From positions 8,720,390-8,784,389 of the forward strand of contig CM082580.2 of NCBI GenBank assembly GCA_040954595.2: 64,000 nt of DNA, written 5' to 3'. The notes below the pieces were generated by a model. It was not told the DNA's origin, ran no database searches, and worked only from the letters and a program-made list of their open reading frames with translations. Shown piece after piece: positions 25,101 through 38,600 of this stretch. The stretch comes from Balanoglossus misakiensis. Taxonomy: Eukaryota; Animalia; Hemichordata. A program made the position numbers and the translations under genes. How positions within the stretch are numbered: position 1 is the stretch's first letter; the number at the start of each line of letters is the position of its first letter.

Positions 25101-26530
25101 AGTCTAATGATTGACGGAGTCTGCCTCGACTTCCAGAAATTCATAAGTTAGAAACCAGCGAGTCTAAATATTTACACAGAAAACATTTTCAACACATTGA
25201 TGTTATAACCCCTTGATAACCCACGCTGATTGACAGATGAGAATGGTGGGAAAACTGATAGGTACTTGTGTGAGATTTTTCGCTTAATGCCCACACGCAG
25301 CCAGTGAGGAGTATGATTTTCAGTGATTAAATACAACTCACACTGATCAAGCAGCAACACTGATGGGAGCACTTACAACTGACACCCACCATAAAACAAC
25401 ACGGTTTATTTGACACTCTTAATGAAATTGTTACAAGAATTTCAATATTTGAAGTAAAAACTGTAGATTAATGTCGAGTTTATTTGTTTATTCACAGGAA
25501 GGAACCCTGAAAGGCCCATATATAAATGCACAGCTACCCTGTTACCATGCAACTCAAGGATTAGTTCATTCTGATATTGCACAGATTAATATTGACAGAT
25601 CGTGTCCAAGCGACCGATACCTCTGAAATCTGGGTAATTTAAAAAGCTATTTGGTTTTAATATCAACCATCTAAACATCAAGGACATTTACTAAAGAAAT
25701 TCTGGGCACCATGAAGTACGGGTGGTACTTTTACCCTCATGCTGTTATCAAAATCTTGCACAAACAACTGAATGCCTGCAGATCACCTATTCCTAATGAC
25801 ATGACATGAGAGGTGTATCAAAATTTCTTTCTGGGAAAACATCCTGAATGCGTAAAACAGGCTTCTAACTTCATGAAGTTGCACTGATCAAGTTATATTA
25901 AGTTCTCCCAACCAACGGGGGCTTACAAAATACAACTGGGACTACAGTCTTTGATATCTACATGTATGGTGATCTTGTTAGCATAATGCTAACAAGATCA
26001 CCGACTGACTGTGCCCGACACAAATTTCCTGTGCAGCACAATGCTCTTTGGGAGAATTCCTCCAAATAAAGTGGACTCTTCAAACATGTACAGTGTGTTA
26101 CACTAATCAAATTCCTCTCTCTCTCTCAATACCTCAGAGCACATTATTGACATTTCAGATGCTGCAGGTAGATTTGATGAAATTTCAAGGCTTGTTAGAA
26201 TCTAGGGATCAGTCAGTGTGCACTTTTTCACTAAAAAAATCTGTTCACATGACTTCTCTTGTGTCTTATGCTTATTATTAAAGATTAGCATTTTGTTGTT
26301 ATCATTATCTATGTCTGCACATCAAATACACAACTGTAGTGATCCATGTGCAACTTACCAAAGAAGCAGAACACGATGCCAAATACGAATGCTAAGGCAC
26401 AGATGATTGTGGGAGCTATGTCATACTTGTACACCATCGCCTCGCAAATCAACACGGTCATGGTTGGACCTTCCGACGTGTCTTGGTTTTGAGTTGCCAT
26501 GGCGACCGCTGCGCCAGTCTCTGATCCCAT
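19191..26530 (-). CDS. TMEM198: Transmembrane protein 198 (multi-pass, DUF4203/TM7S3-TM198 family), 4 core coding exons, about 344 aa
   Basis: Exons 26530-26359, 23318-22755, 19850-19717 and 19355-19191, all GT-AG with consistent phases 1/1/0, total 1035 nt. Translation includes FGIVFCFFG|YRCFKAVLFLVG, GLLCGLITMLVQYVGLF, TLQWQK, CWFSWIILAVWP and the tail RVELAKIRQR...NGDIVSQ|AYLQS, as recalled for TMEM198. Confidence 0.92.
20465..20596 (-). CDS. TMEM198: Candidate alternative TMEM198 exon: diverged duplicate of the basic-tail exon
   Basis: Acceptor TTGTTTTTAG|, donor AATG|GTGAGA, 132 nt, phase 1-1, open frame (A)VVKRRKRRRIEIAKIRQRAKDERKETREKISSMNSQIPTTVTN, clearly similar to the core exon 19850-19717. 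Confidence 0.65.
20850..20888. repeat. Perfect 16-bp inverted repeat; possible minimal TAG...CTA transposon remnant with about 9-bp TSD
   Basis: AGTAGTCTAGTATCTG-actgagc-CAGATACTAGACTACT. Flanks of the TAG...CTA core are TCAAAACAG and CTAAAACAG. Confidence 0.6.
21596..21718. repeat. Degenerate foldback inverted repeat (MITE-like)
   Basis: AAAATCAACTACAGT (21626-21640) pairs with ACTGTAGTTGATTTT (21670-21684), and TGAAACTTC (21601-21609) pairs with GAAGTTTCA (21705-21713). Confidence 0.7.
21833..21927. mobile_element. Short piggyBac-like MITE (TTAA-CCCTT ends)
   Basis: GTAACCCTTCCACC ... GGTGAAAGGGTTAA. The internal sequence CCAACTTCACCATGGAAACAATGG is shared in reverse orientation with partial copies in PAN2 introns at about 54695-54766 and 56319-56376. 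Confidence 0.7.
22035..22115 (-). CDS. Candidate 81-nt in-frame cassette exon of TMEM198
   Basis: Strong acceptor TGTGTCTCTTTCTCCCAG|, donor ACAG|GTGTGC, phase 1-1, open frame (A)YSSHSLFNTVTGCLQFSKTEKGSVKT. No homology support. Confidence 0.35.
25968..26002. repeat. Perfect 17-bp-arm palindrome
   Basis: GGTGATCTTGTTAGCAT-A-ATGCTAACAAGATCACC. Confidence 0.9.
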
Positions 26531-26623
26531 GGCCGTTCGCTCGTTCGTTCGTTCGTTAATATTGAATGCAGCTGTACATGAAGAAGGAACCGTTCTTCAA
26601 CCCAGCTTCATATTGCTACATGC
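26531..26623 (-). promoter_or_regulatory. TMEM198 5'-UTR portion of the first coding exon, with three uORFs and an (AACG)n tract
   Basis: Acceptor TTTTCTTTCTCTTTCCTCTGCAG| at 26624/26623. uORFs: ATG-TAG (26621-26616), MKLG* (26611-26597), MYSCIQY* (26579-26556). Main start context GCCATGG. Confidence 0.65.
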
Positions 26624-29600
26624 CTGCAGAGGAAAGAGAAAGAAAACCGTGTGAGTGAGCGAACGTGATATTTGGCTTAATCCTTGAAATGGCAGCACTG
26701 GGAGCCTACATTTGTACGGTGTGGGCGTTATTTGACTGTACGGTTTTTCATTATTTCGTTTTACCTTCTTAAGTTCATATCGAAAAATTTCCAGCAAACA
26801 ACAGATGTCAACTGTTACTTCAAGCACACACAAATTAACCTTCTCTATGTGTGCCCATCAAACATCAGAGTCTGTTGAAGTATTTGACTATGCAAACGAA
26901 ACATGGAAACATAGGGGTACTGCGATCAGGATGTCTCAATATTTACACGTCGCTGCAGTTTCACAAATATCCATTAAAAATTACAGATTATAATAAATGT
27001 ACAGGTATGCCAATTGTCATTGTGTACATTTACATACCCGGTACATGTCAATTTCATTTATGTACTTTTCAACACTGTGACCTGAACTATCAAAGAAGTA
27101 AATTAAAGTGGACGCGGAAAACATCTGAAACATGTTACAGCAATATCAACTTGGACTTTCTCCATGAAACCCACACTGACAACAAACGAGCCAGGTTTTA
27201 AAATGAACATAATCCAAGAACCAATGATTGTAGACCACACAAAACAGTCAACACATCAGAAATCGTTTACATACATCGTACCCATGGTCACTCTGCGGAA
27301 AGTGATGTAATGTACCTTGGAGATGATGACTACAATTTTCAAACCAGTCGTTTTATGTACCAATGTGTGACTACTAACACATTGTGCTAAACCAAGGGCA
27401 TCGAGTCTCATCTGAAAGCCCCGCGTGTCCGTTTCTCAAACTCCTGATTTGGTATTGACACGACTGCATGTACGTTGTCCTTCACGGTCCAGTCAAGGAC
27501 TTTTGTGTGAAATTAAGATTACACACAGCAGACAAGTGTTGAGGTCATATTGATTTTGTGATAATAGGTATCCCATCAGGCAAGGCTCATCATGATAAGA
27601 GGAAGACACTGCAGCAATGGCAGATGGCAAGGCGAATATACTAAATGCAAAAAGCTCATACAGCCATATCTGCCATAGTAAACACCATCTCTATATTATA
27701 CCGACATATTCAAATACATTACTGATGAGCTTGGGGGACTTTTCGGAAACCGCATATTTTCAAGGACAGGAATTTTTGTGACCACCATGCCCAGAAGCAA
27801 ATGTTTGCATTTGTAAGCTCTGCCGGGCATCCCCGACTTCAGTTGACATTTGCCTACATCGGCGATCTCAATATAGTCACGCATGACTGCCGTGATGGAT
27901 AAACCAATAGCAATTCATGCAATTTATGTACCATCTGTAATAAAATGTCTACACAGCCTCGGATTCCAGCTGCTATGAAAATTTTTCAAAAAACAGCACA
28001 TGATTTGAAAAAAACTTAAACAGATTTTTATTTCTGTCACGCAAACTCCTAAGATAACTGAAGGTCATGGTTTAAATGTTGTTTACCTGCCCTGGGGAAA
28101 CCCGTGTCACCACAATGTTTGTTAATGTCAAAGATTTATTTATCAACATCGTAAATTACATTCACAGTAAAAAGATGTTCATTTCACCTGAAGTGTTCTC
28201 CAAGAATCACATGGACTCAACTATTATAGATGTAGGGGTGACAGACACATCATGGGGGGGGGGGTGTATATTCACAAAGACAATACTGCATAACATAGAT
28301 TATGTAGAGAGATTCTAGCAATGCGGACTCCTGCATTAACTGAAACGCAGGTCATCATAATGGCTGATGTTCACATTGATATCATGCTGCCATTAAGATC
28401 TATTACTAGTATATCACTATAATAAATCTATGACTAATATTAATAGCATTTAGACAGCAAAAAAGAAACCCACCCATAGATGTTGGAAGTGTAGTTTTCT
28501 CGGCTGACAAAACTGGTTGGATATTGTGTTCAATCAGATGGTGTTCTGTTAGAATCACATGAAATAAACATGTCAAAATTTTCCTTTTGGGGAAAACAAC
28601 TGGTTGTAATATATAGTTTCTGACACCAAGAACAGCCAGAGGACATTTCAGGTAACAAACACCAGATTTTTTACACAGCCGACTTAAAATACTGTCTCTC
28701 ACACCACATGCTAAATCATGCATGAATAAAAAATTATGCACATATCATTTCACAGAATATTCATTTCAACATCTGTTTCATAACCACAATGCATAGTCAG
28801 GGCCCGTGACGCAGCTACAGTACCAGCTAGAGAGCATTGAAAAACTTGTGGGAAAATGTCAATAACCTCAGAGCAAACTCTTGTAACCTACATAAGTGCA
28901 GAGTGGTTTTAACTGGCCCTGTTTCAAATGGAGATGGCTTCTTTAACCCCCCGGCATCAGTGTTTATAACCGTGCTTGGAAACCAATAACCCAAGGTCAC
29001 TCGGTATCACCATTAAACTTTTATTGTTCGCCCGGGGTTGCTTTTTCAGCTCTGCATTTGACTGCAAAGTGATCACTCTCGATTATCACACAATCAGCAC
29101 CAATTGGACAGGACACACTGCTATTTAAGCAGGCTCCATGAATCAAGAAAGTGCATGACAGTAGTTGCTACTGGTAATATGGACCACATACCTGTATCAT
29201 ACTGAAGCTAGTGTTGGCAATATACCAATTCCCACACCACCACTTTTTATAGATCATTCCTCATTATTCAAATTTTCTGTCAAGACTGTTGCTTTTGCTA
29301 TGACGGCTAAAAGAAGGAATTGAAATCTCTTATTTTTTTAATTATTTTTTATCAGAGATCACCAGCAGATCTCCCTGTTAGAATGCCAAAGAAGACTAAT
29401 TTGTTTGTTAATAGGATTGTCAGTAATCAATACAAGAGGTCAATGCCAAACTCATTCAATAACATTTCTATTTTCACACATAGGTTAATTAAAACCTGCA
29501 GGCACCTTGGGCTTATAGTACTTAGGACCTTACTGAACACCCAAATCTTTTCATGTGAATGACGTCATTTTAAGCTAAACCCATCTATACTCAAACGTCC

Positions 29601-32600
29601 TCAACCTTCGGAGAAGCTATAGTTTCCAAATCACAGGGCATCAGTTTCACATCACGTACTAATCACAGAGCCCGTAATAAGATTCATTGCTTCTCAGCTC
29701 TGATACCTTCCTGATATGTCGCGGTGACTCACAGAAGCGCTGGAGAAATCGTCCTACAATGCTTTTGATTTCAGCTCTGAAAGCCGGTGTTACTTTAACG
29801 GCGTGAGCTCACCAAGTCACGTCTGTGTGCCTGGACCCATCAATCTTAATATAGATCAGCTCAGGTGATAATAAACGTCACTTGACAAGATCGGAGGAAA
29901 AGTACTGCATCTATATCTCTGTGTTAATACACACACCAATCAGATTACGGATTATAGGCAGCTAGCTGTGTGACGTTGCATGCACTAAAGCAGTATGAAA
30001 AGATGAAAAACGAAAATATCAAATTTTAATTGGTGCGATTCAAATGCAGGGAGTGACCTCAATTGAACTTGGATACAGAAATGATGGCTGATTTTTAAGA
30101 AAAAAGTGAGTCAAAAACCCAAACTGCATGATTACCCAAATGATTACTTGAGGCCAAAGGTGTCCTCATTAAATTGGCAGGACATGTACACACGGAGATG
30201 CTGGCCCATTAGGAGCCCTTCATCAATTTGTGGGATGCATGGCCAATACAGCTGAATGGATGATATGTTTTTTGCTCTCCTGCTGGACACAAAGACCTGC
30301 CGATCTGTTATTCCAAATCACGGAGCACTTCTGTACGTAATTTCCTGGCAGGACTTGGGTACTTCAAGAGATCGACTGGCAGTGTCGTTTAGTTACAAAC
30401 CACATGAAATGTAAACAGGTATGAGAGTGAACCACAGTGAAATGAATACAGTTGAAATGAAGTCTGAAATAAACCTTTCTGAGATGAGTGTACCAGTAGA
30501 GTCATAGTCTGAATTTTATTTGCCTTCCTTTCATTCTATACCGAACGACAATTTTCATTTCTCATGCTTCGTTTATTTGAAAGTTATAGTGTCTGCATAC
30601 TGATTTGCATGATTACATATTAACCATGACAACGTCCAATTAAATGCACTGAAATGTCTGATCTGAATAGATGATACAAATCACGGCATCGCCATACTGA
30701 ACCCTGCCACAAGCCATAAAATACTGCTGTGTCGGCATCATACATATCATACATGTACATGAAATTTATGTGAACTAGTTCTCAGTCTTGCTAATACACC
30801 CAATCTGGTGGGAATATTCCTTCTTATATTCAGCTCACACAAAGTACTCAATTTTATTCTCCATGACATGGTCACTCGCATTATAACATCACTGTCATCT
30901 GGAGTAATGGCTCGTACTTGTACTCCTACGAAACAAATGACTTCGACAATCTCTGCTTTTCGAATTAAATTTTATAGTTTCAAGCAAAACAGAGGTTCAG
31001 TACAACATGTTATATTATTACACGGTGCACACACGCTCATGAATGCACATTTGCGATTGCCCACACGTACTGCACACTAGCGAAGCGTGGCTGAATTGAT
31101 CATCGCAAACCCTCCCGCAAGTCAAACAGCGATAATTTCTACTTTTAAGCATATGTGACTCTGTGAGCAACTAATCAAAACACATCAAAGCAAATTTCAC
31201 TCGCGCCAGTGGCTGAAAACGCACACTGTGTTGAATATGTGGACTGGTGGCCTCAAAACGACATGACTGTGAAGCAACGTCTCAGTCAGTGGAATGATGT
31301 CTGAATTCATAATGTGACTTTACTGGAGATCAGATTGCAGAGGAAAAAACAAAGGTTCAAGAAACAAAACTACATGGCTATCATGTAAAAGATTGCATCC
31401 CCGAACATACTGTTTGCTCCAAGTCCAAAACTATAAATCAGACAAAACTCTGCTAGACACTAGACTAACCCAGACATGCTTACATTTCAACTCTTTATTC
31501 AGGATGGTATATTAATATATTACATAATTAATGCTATCCTTCATAAAAAGGTTAATTGTAAACATGTTCAGGGACAATAATATGCAAATAGGTTTCATTG
31601 TACAATTCATATATTCAAATTTAATCTATTTCTGACAAAAACCTCCAGACCTTTTGATAGCCGACCATGACAATTACTGAATTAGGAACAAGGTTTTCAT
31701 GTGCATGATGGAAATAATTCATATTTTGCTGTGTTTTATGACAGGGAGCAAATTAGCCTAGTTATTTCTGCTCCAACAACACAAAGCTGTCGATATTTCC
31801 CAGAGGATGATCTGGTATTCTTACCATTAAAGTTAACATTTCTTAATACCCACATAAAATCTGAGATGCACAAATTGTATTTCTAAAAAAAATGTAAAAA
31901 TAGTCTGACTATATATTAAGAGCACTGGGTCACACAACTGGAATGCGAGTCAAAGTATGATGTAAATACTAGAAATAACTGCAGTTGGCTAATTGCTCCA
32001 TTCTGTTACTTCTGAACTGATTCCCTGGGTCACATTTCCACGTTTCTCAGCTCTGCTTGAGCGGGATTTCAGCTCACAAACATTCACAATTACTTCTATT
32101 TTAACAACGCAGCAGACTTCAAAACTCATCAGCAAATACCCGACAAATCCAATCAGTATTGAAAGCCTTGCATTGCAATCAGCGAATGCAGTGAACTTGG
32201 ATAATTTAGCGTCAGTATCTCTGATTTCCGAACTTTGAGACGCGCGCGGCAAGTGTTTGTATGCAATTGCCCAAATTGATCAAATGGAGAGGCAACGTGA
32301 TTGATTAGGGTGGCATGATCAGGAAGGACACTGTGAAACCGACGAGCAGAAATTGACAACAGTGAAACTGACACACGCTGTGCACATTCACTGGTTTCTA
32401 CTGTGTGTGGCTAATTGTACATGTCTTTTCGACTGTACGTACATGTATGGCTCTTTATTGATTACCGTATTCAGAAATGGCAGCTGTTTGTCTCTTTCTT
32501 CATCAGAATATCTAGCCCTAGCTTTTACCAAATATATACGGAAGAATCTGATCAGATTATTTCCAGTGAAATCTAAAATGAATTGCACAGTGAAATGTGC

Positions 32601-35600
32601 ACCTTGGTATGTACTATAGCAACTGTCACATTTTTTTCCCCAATTTCCATTTTCAGGCTACCTCGGTAACCTGGGAAATGAATGGGTATAGGTTGCAGTA
32701 TTGAATTTTTTTTTTGGTCAGGCCAATCTCCTGCAATAAAAAGTGACAGCACACTTAAACATCACATTTCAATCTTGATAAAAGAAGATATGCATTCTAT
32801 TGATATTTTGAGATATTCACACACATCTTGTCACATACAAGATGAAATACATCAAAAACCACTTTACAATCCAATAGTATAGCTGTTCAAGTATACATGC
32901 GGCTGTACAACTGTCAGTGGTATAATGATAAGATACATTCAACTGGAAACTTGTGAAAAGTTATGAATAATGAATTTTTATTGGTAGGTATACATATATA
33001 CCGAAATTCCAAGTACACTGCATTTCAGCTAATATGTACAATACATTAGAATGTACAAGGATGCAAAAGAAGTCACTATCCATTTAAACTCAGGAAGATT
33101 CTCATCTCGAAGTTTTCAGGGGAAACATCTCCATTAAATTGAACCAGACTGCATTTCAGCCATCCTGTAGCCCATTAACCAATCACTCCAGCGAAATGTT
33201 ACTCGCAAATCAAATAAAAGTTCAGGATCTTGGATATCATCGACAGTGACATGAATACAGGCAAATGTATTACAAAACTGACACAGAATACGCTGGCACA
33301 CATTATATTGCATAATGGACGACGTACTAATAGGGCGATTGAGTTCCCCCTGTTTGCTCTGGCTAATGGACCATGTGGACAGGATGTACCCCTTTTTCTG
33401 TTTTATACATTTATGAACAGATCAGACGTTGGTTTTCTTCAACAGGTAAGATGATTTTCTGTCAGTGAAAAATGAAACCACAGAAATGTGTGTGCAGTTT
33501 AGCAAAGACAACCCCCCCCCCCCATGATAATTGACCTGATGTGGAACGGTCTCCATTCCCATGAGTGAATCATATGGAAAATCATGGAGCGTTATTAATT
33601 ACATCAAGGAACCACTTTCTTGAGAATCATTTCTAAATTGCCTGTACATAATTCACTTACACTCAGGTTATGACTTTCATTTTTAGAGTTTCATGCTAAA
33701 ATGACAGTGGCATTCATGCTCGTACAGAAGGAAATTGGATTTGAGGGCTGCAGATTTCTATTAAACTGACGTCTCTTGAATCATTCCCTCTCTTAATTTC
33801 TTTCCCACTACTTTCACATCCCTTGGCACCCAAACTCTGTAGATTGCATGTTATTTGTTATAACCTTCAACAGTGTTCTTCAAAAAGTGAAGTTGGAACT
33901 GGGAAGGATGGGAAATGAAAACTCCGAGATGATTTTATGCTAACTGAACAATCCATTAAAACATGCAGATATTAATAATTGGTCATTTTTGATGACCCTG
34001 CTATGAATGACCCCAACATCCTGGCATTTTCACTGGTAGAATCTGCCAGCTGCTGGTGTGTGGCCATCAATTAAGCAAATTAAGAAACTATTAAAGCAAT
34101 TATTCCACTTTGGATTAATTGTGTCTTTAATGAATCCTGGCACAGACATTAATTAAATGTTCACACGTCATTGGGGCACTCGCTGCCATTTTCCCCAGAC
34201 TGTCAAGGATCTGCGATTTCAGACTAGACACAGAGTAAACAGTTGGAAAATGAATTCTAGCAGACGGTTGCTCAGGTACTTGTAAATAAATTCTCAGTCA
34301 GAGCATTACTTTCATGATCAACAGCTGAATCTGACGAGGACACGCGAGGTGGCTTTCCTTTGAGAAAAAAAGATTACATCGGAATCAATCCTACAAGCAG
34401 CTGGAAGGGGACGAGAATGAAATCAGGCAGAAACTGTCTGAAATAGGCTTGTTTGTGATCGCCCGAAGAAGATGATCGGCGCGGCAACGAAATGTCATCA
34501 GTCCAGTGCCAATATCCCATGATCACGCTTCACCTTTTCAAAGTACAGCATCGGCGAAAAAGCCAACGCTCGCTAACTAGTTTAGTTTTTATCACCTTCG
34601 GATAAACAGATTAGAAAATTCTGCCGGGGACAAAATTGACGCAGATCTGACAAAATCTCATTTCGGAATACTAGTATCACTGAAATCTAATATGTACATA
34701 AAATTTGCATTACTCGGCAGTAAATTTGTAATACAATAGACTTTGCGCCTGAGTTCTCAGCACAGCCACCTGACAAACCCACGGAGAAACTGTTTCCAGC
34801 TAAACCATTCTCACTACATCACAATTCCTATCGTTTTTCAGTTAAAGGAGTGTCCCTTGTAACAGTTAAAGTGCTAACATCACACAGACAGTGTGACGAC
34901 ATCTTCAACACGAACAACATGATAATTCGAGCAGTCTGGGAGAATCAGAGGAATTACTTGAACAGTATACACCCCTGACATCTGTCGTCACTGACTCAAA
35001 CAATTAGAATTTCTTGACAGAATTTACCTTCAACTGAGGAAATGTAATTATACCTGGCTTCTTCAAAATAATCATGTCCCTTTGATAAGTATAAATTGCA
35101 TTATAACTTACCCTATACACAGTAAGATATATCTCACGTCCTTCACAATACGTGACACTCATATTCAAGATTCACTCCTAGTCCTATTCAGTTCAGTTAA
35201 TTTGCCTTTCACTTTGGTCACATTGACGTGTCCTGTCCTCAATTCCACTCAATGTCATGTGACCATGAACTTTCTACTGCACATCCTTCTGACACAATTT
35301 CAAAAAAAGGATTGACTTGTCACACACACGAGTCAGTAATTTATACACAAGTTGCCATTAAAGCAAGTAACGGTTGGCAAGCTGAAGAGTTGCCTACCTG
35401 TGAGCGCTAGGTAGAAACATCCCACCTCAATACATAATGTAAATACCACTGACTTCAAAGTCGTCTTCAATCAATAATAGTTTCTTCCCCAGCAGGGGTC
35501 CTCAGATTTACCCATCTTTTTTCTCTCTCTCTCTTCAGAAGAACATCACGGTACAATCAACAGCCTCAATTGATGACAGTGTTCCAGCCCAACCCACTGT

Positions 35601-38600
35601 GCTCCCTGAATGACGTATAGCCACCGAGTGAATGAAGGCTACAAGCAATTGACTATGCAACTGCAATACATTATTTACAAGGACGCCACAGCATCATTGG
35701 CCAAGGAGAATGCCCGCATTACATCAATGAAGGCTACGGGGGCTTGCTGCGGTCACATGAGGCGACCGTTGCTCATCAATGGCCGATTCCACCGGGTAAT
35801 TTGTTATCGATATCTCTTTTTCAGCTGACAGCAACTGCTTCCCCTGGGTCTATGCTTTATACATTTTTATTCCTCAAATTTTGAGCACAATTATCACATT
35901 TTAATTATCAGTCCTGTCGAAATTGAAAGATGAAAAGATTACCTTTTCATAGCAAGTCAGCTTTCTCTTTTATCAATGTACACTGTGGTCAATGATTTTT
36001 GAAGAATAATTACTGACCTGTTCTTCAATCAAATATTGCTTTAAAAATGTATACTATATCTACAGTTTATTTTATTTTTTAAGAGTGATATTAGATAAAG
36101 GTTTGCGTTACGTGCATGGGAACTATTGTATGGTTGAGGGAATGATTTTGGAAATCAAAACAGCAATGATTTTCTGTTGTGTTTTACAGACTGGGCCTCA
36201 ACTACTTTGAAAATGGGGTAGGAGGGTTTATCACTTCCTTGGTTGACTGTGCTGCAAACGGGTGGGTTCAAATAAATCAAAGACAAAAAATAAAACATGT
36301 ATGGGACATATCAATTTCATACTGATAGAGGCCGGGATTACAATTTGTTTGAATCGACACATTCACTTCAGGAGACGGAGAATGATCAGCTGGGTCTACA
36401 GACACGACAATGGGTATTTCAGAAAGACTCGGTGACAAAATTAATCTTCCTCAAAATTTTATTGAGGACATTAATTTTTATGTCGTCTAATGCACTGAAG
36501 ATGGCAGTATGCAAATGGTAAACCTATCTGAGACGTATACAATCCCTGATCATGATGTATTTCTCTTAAAACTAAGAATATTACTTTGTATATTCTGCTT
36601 AACGCAAAAGATCAATGCATTTCCTCTGAGAGTCTTTCAAACACTGTCCTCAGCAACGTCCATGATGGAAAGTAAAAAATACTTTACAAGGAATGATACA
36701 TTGCCTATCCGCACGTTATTTGTTCAAGAAGAAACCATAATGAATTTTAATAGAACCTCTGAATTCTATTAGCTTCTACTATTGAGGACACATTGGCATG
36801 TACTTACAAGAGCCGAAGAAAGGTCATTTAGATTAAGCCTAAATTTAATCGCCCCAAGAGAATTTCACAGTCCAATATTCTGGATAATTTCAAAATAAAT
36901 AGTTGGCTTCCCTGAATCCCAAGCAATGTGCTCTCCCTGGAACAGTGTGGAGATCCAGAGCAGACCTTCAGTATTTTTTTTAACATATGAGATGTCTGGA
37001 ATGCAGGACAGGCTACTATGCTGTCGAGCAACTTTTAAAATGAGCAGCTCTCTGGTACTACCGGTAGTAGCTAGCATTATGAATTCGTAGCTCATCAGCA
37101 GAATAACAGGCACATCACAGACAACTCCCACCTAAAGCACAAGTCTTGCTCTCTGTCAGATCGAGTCAACAAAGACCTTACATATCACAAGCCTAGAACA
37201 CATGATTCTGATTTGGAGAGATCAGCTTTTAGGGACAGTTCAGACACTGCCTTTCAGCTGTCGGAGACTTCAACTGGCTTTGATTTGATCAGGGTCCTTT
37301 AAGCACTGCCGATGGTCCTTTAACTGCATTCGGAGTCTGGCGCAGCAGGGGAACCAGTCTCCCTTGGTCATCGCAAAACTTCAGTCCATACGCCCTGAGG
37401 GCCAATTCCGGCAGTATTACAAAGATTCCGGCTGAACACCAAATTGCAATACAATGTAATGCTGTATCCCCTAAGAGCATCATGAGATACTCTCTGCATT
37501 GGTAACTGAATCCAAGACTTGGCATAAAACTAACCGGATTAAACATCACATATTTTCAGCCTATATCTTATCAATGACAGCTACTAGGACCTAACCCAAC
37601 AAAACTAACCGGGGATTCTGAGAGTGATATATTCAAGTGAGACTGTAACATCAGACATTGCTAGCATGCTGATACTGATGGGAAAAATTATCACAAGTGT
37701 TTGAGTTATGGAAGCAAGAAGGGACCTGTAAGTCCCTTTAATGTTAATCAGACTGTTACAACAACAGTGTGAGTATTGCAACACTGCAATCGCTGAATTT
37801 GATGTGCACTTATTATAACTTCAGTTGTCATAATATTGATATAAGTTAATTTAGACGGAACAATTCTGTCGTTTCTCTTGAATGATATGCAGTCTCCAAA
37901 GCAGACCAAACATTTTCGTTGTGGCTAGCCAGTGGCAGTGTTCCTGCATTCATTCATTCACTGTGTATATACGTGTCAGCTTTTCATTTCTAGCTGGTTG
38001 TAATCTGTGCTTTTTTGTGTGTGTTCTGATGCAGAGAAAAGAAAACGCTCTGGGCTGTGATAGACAGGACAGCTGCTTCGTACCACATCCTGCGGCATTG
38101 CATCATGGATAAACTTTAACTGTATGGTATATGTACATGTACAGGTTTGATTTACCATAAAATGACCGCTGAACTTACCTCAACAAGAACAAATGACGTT
38201 CAAGTACTCAAAATTCCTGACACCTCCTTGCTGCCTGCATGTAGCTTAATTTTGTTGTCACCTTAAAATTAAAAAAACAATGTACCAAATTAAAATTAAC
38301 ATTTCATGCAAAATATGTGTACCTGCAGTACACAATCCGTCTACTGCAGTGCATATATTTAGCAACCACTTCACAGTGACTGGTTAAAGTTTGAGTCATT
38401 AAGGTGTGGACAGAGCTGAGAGCTATTTAGAAATATTAACTTCTTTTGTTTTGGAAGGGTGTGTCTCAAATAAAGTGCTATGACATGCAGACTGACACTG
38501 ACAGCAGTGGTGTCAAATTCCACATGTCTTAGGTTCTCTGCTGTATAATAGCAAGAGATCTGAAATTACAAATAATTTGTATTCATTTCTTATTTCAAGA

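Noticed and set aside
26597-26599. In-frame TGA as selenocysteine
   Set aside because: No redox-type motif around it, no SECIS identified by eye, and the downstream ATG has an optimal context and gives a normal-length TMEM198.
37289-37549. 86-aa ORF ending in two TTAAAGGACC motifs
   Set aside because: No recognisable domain or splice context. At most fragmentary transposon termini.
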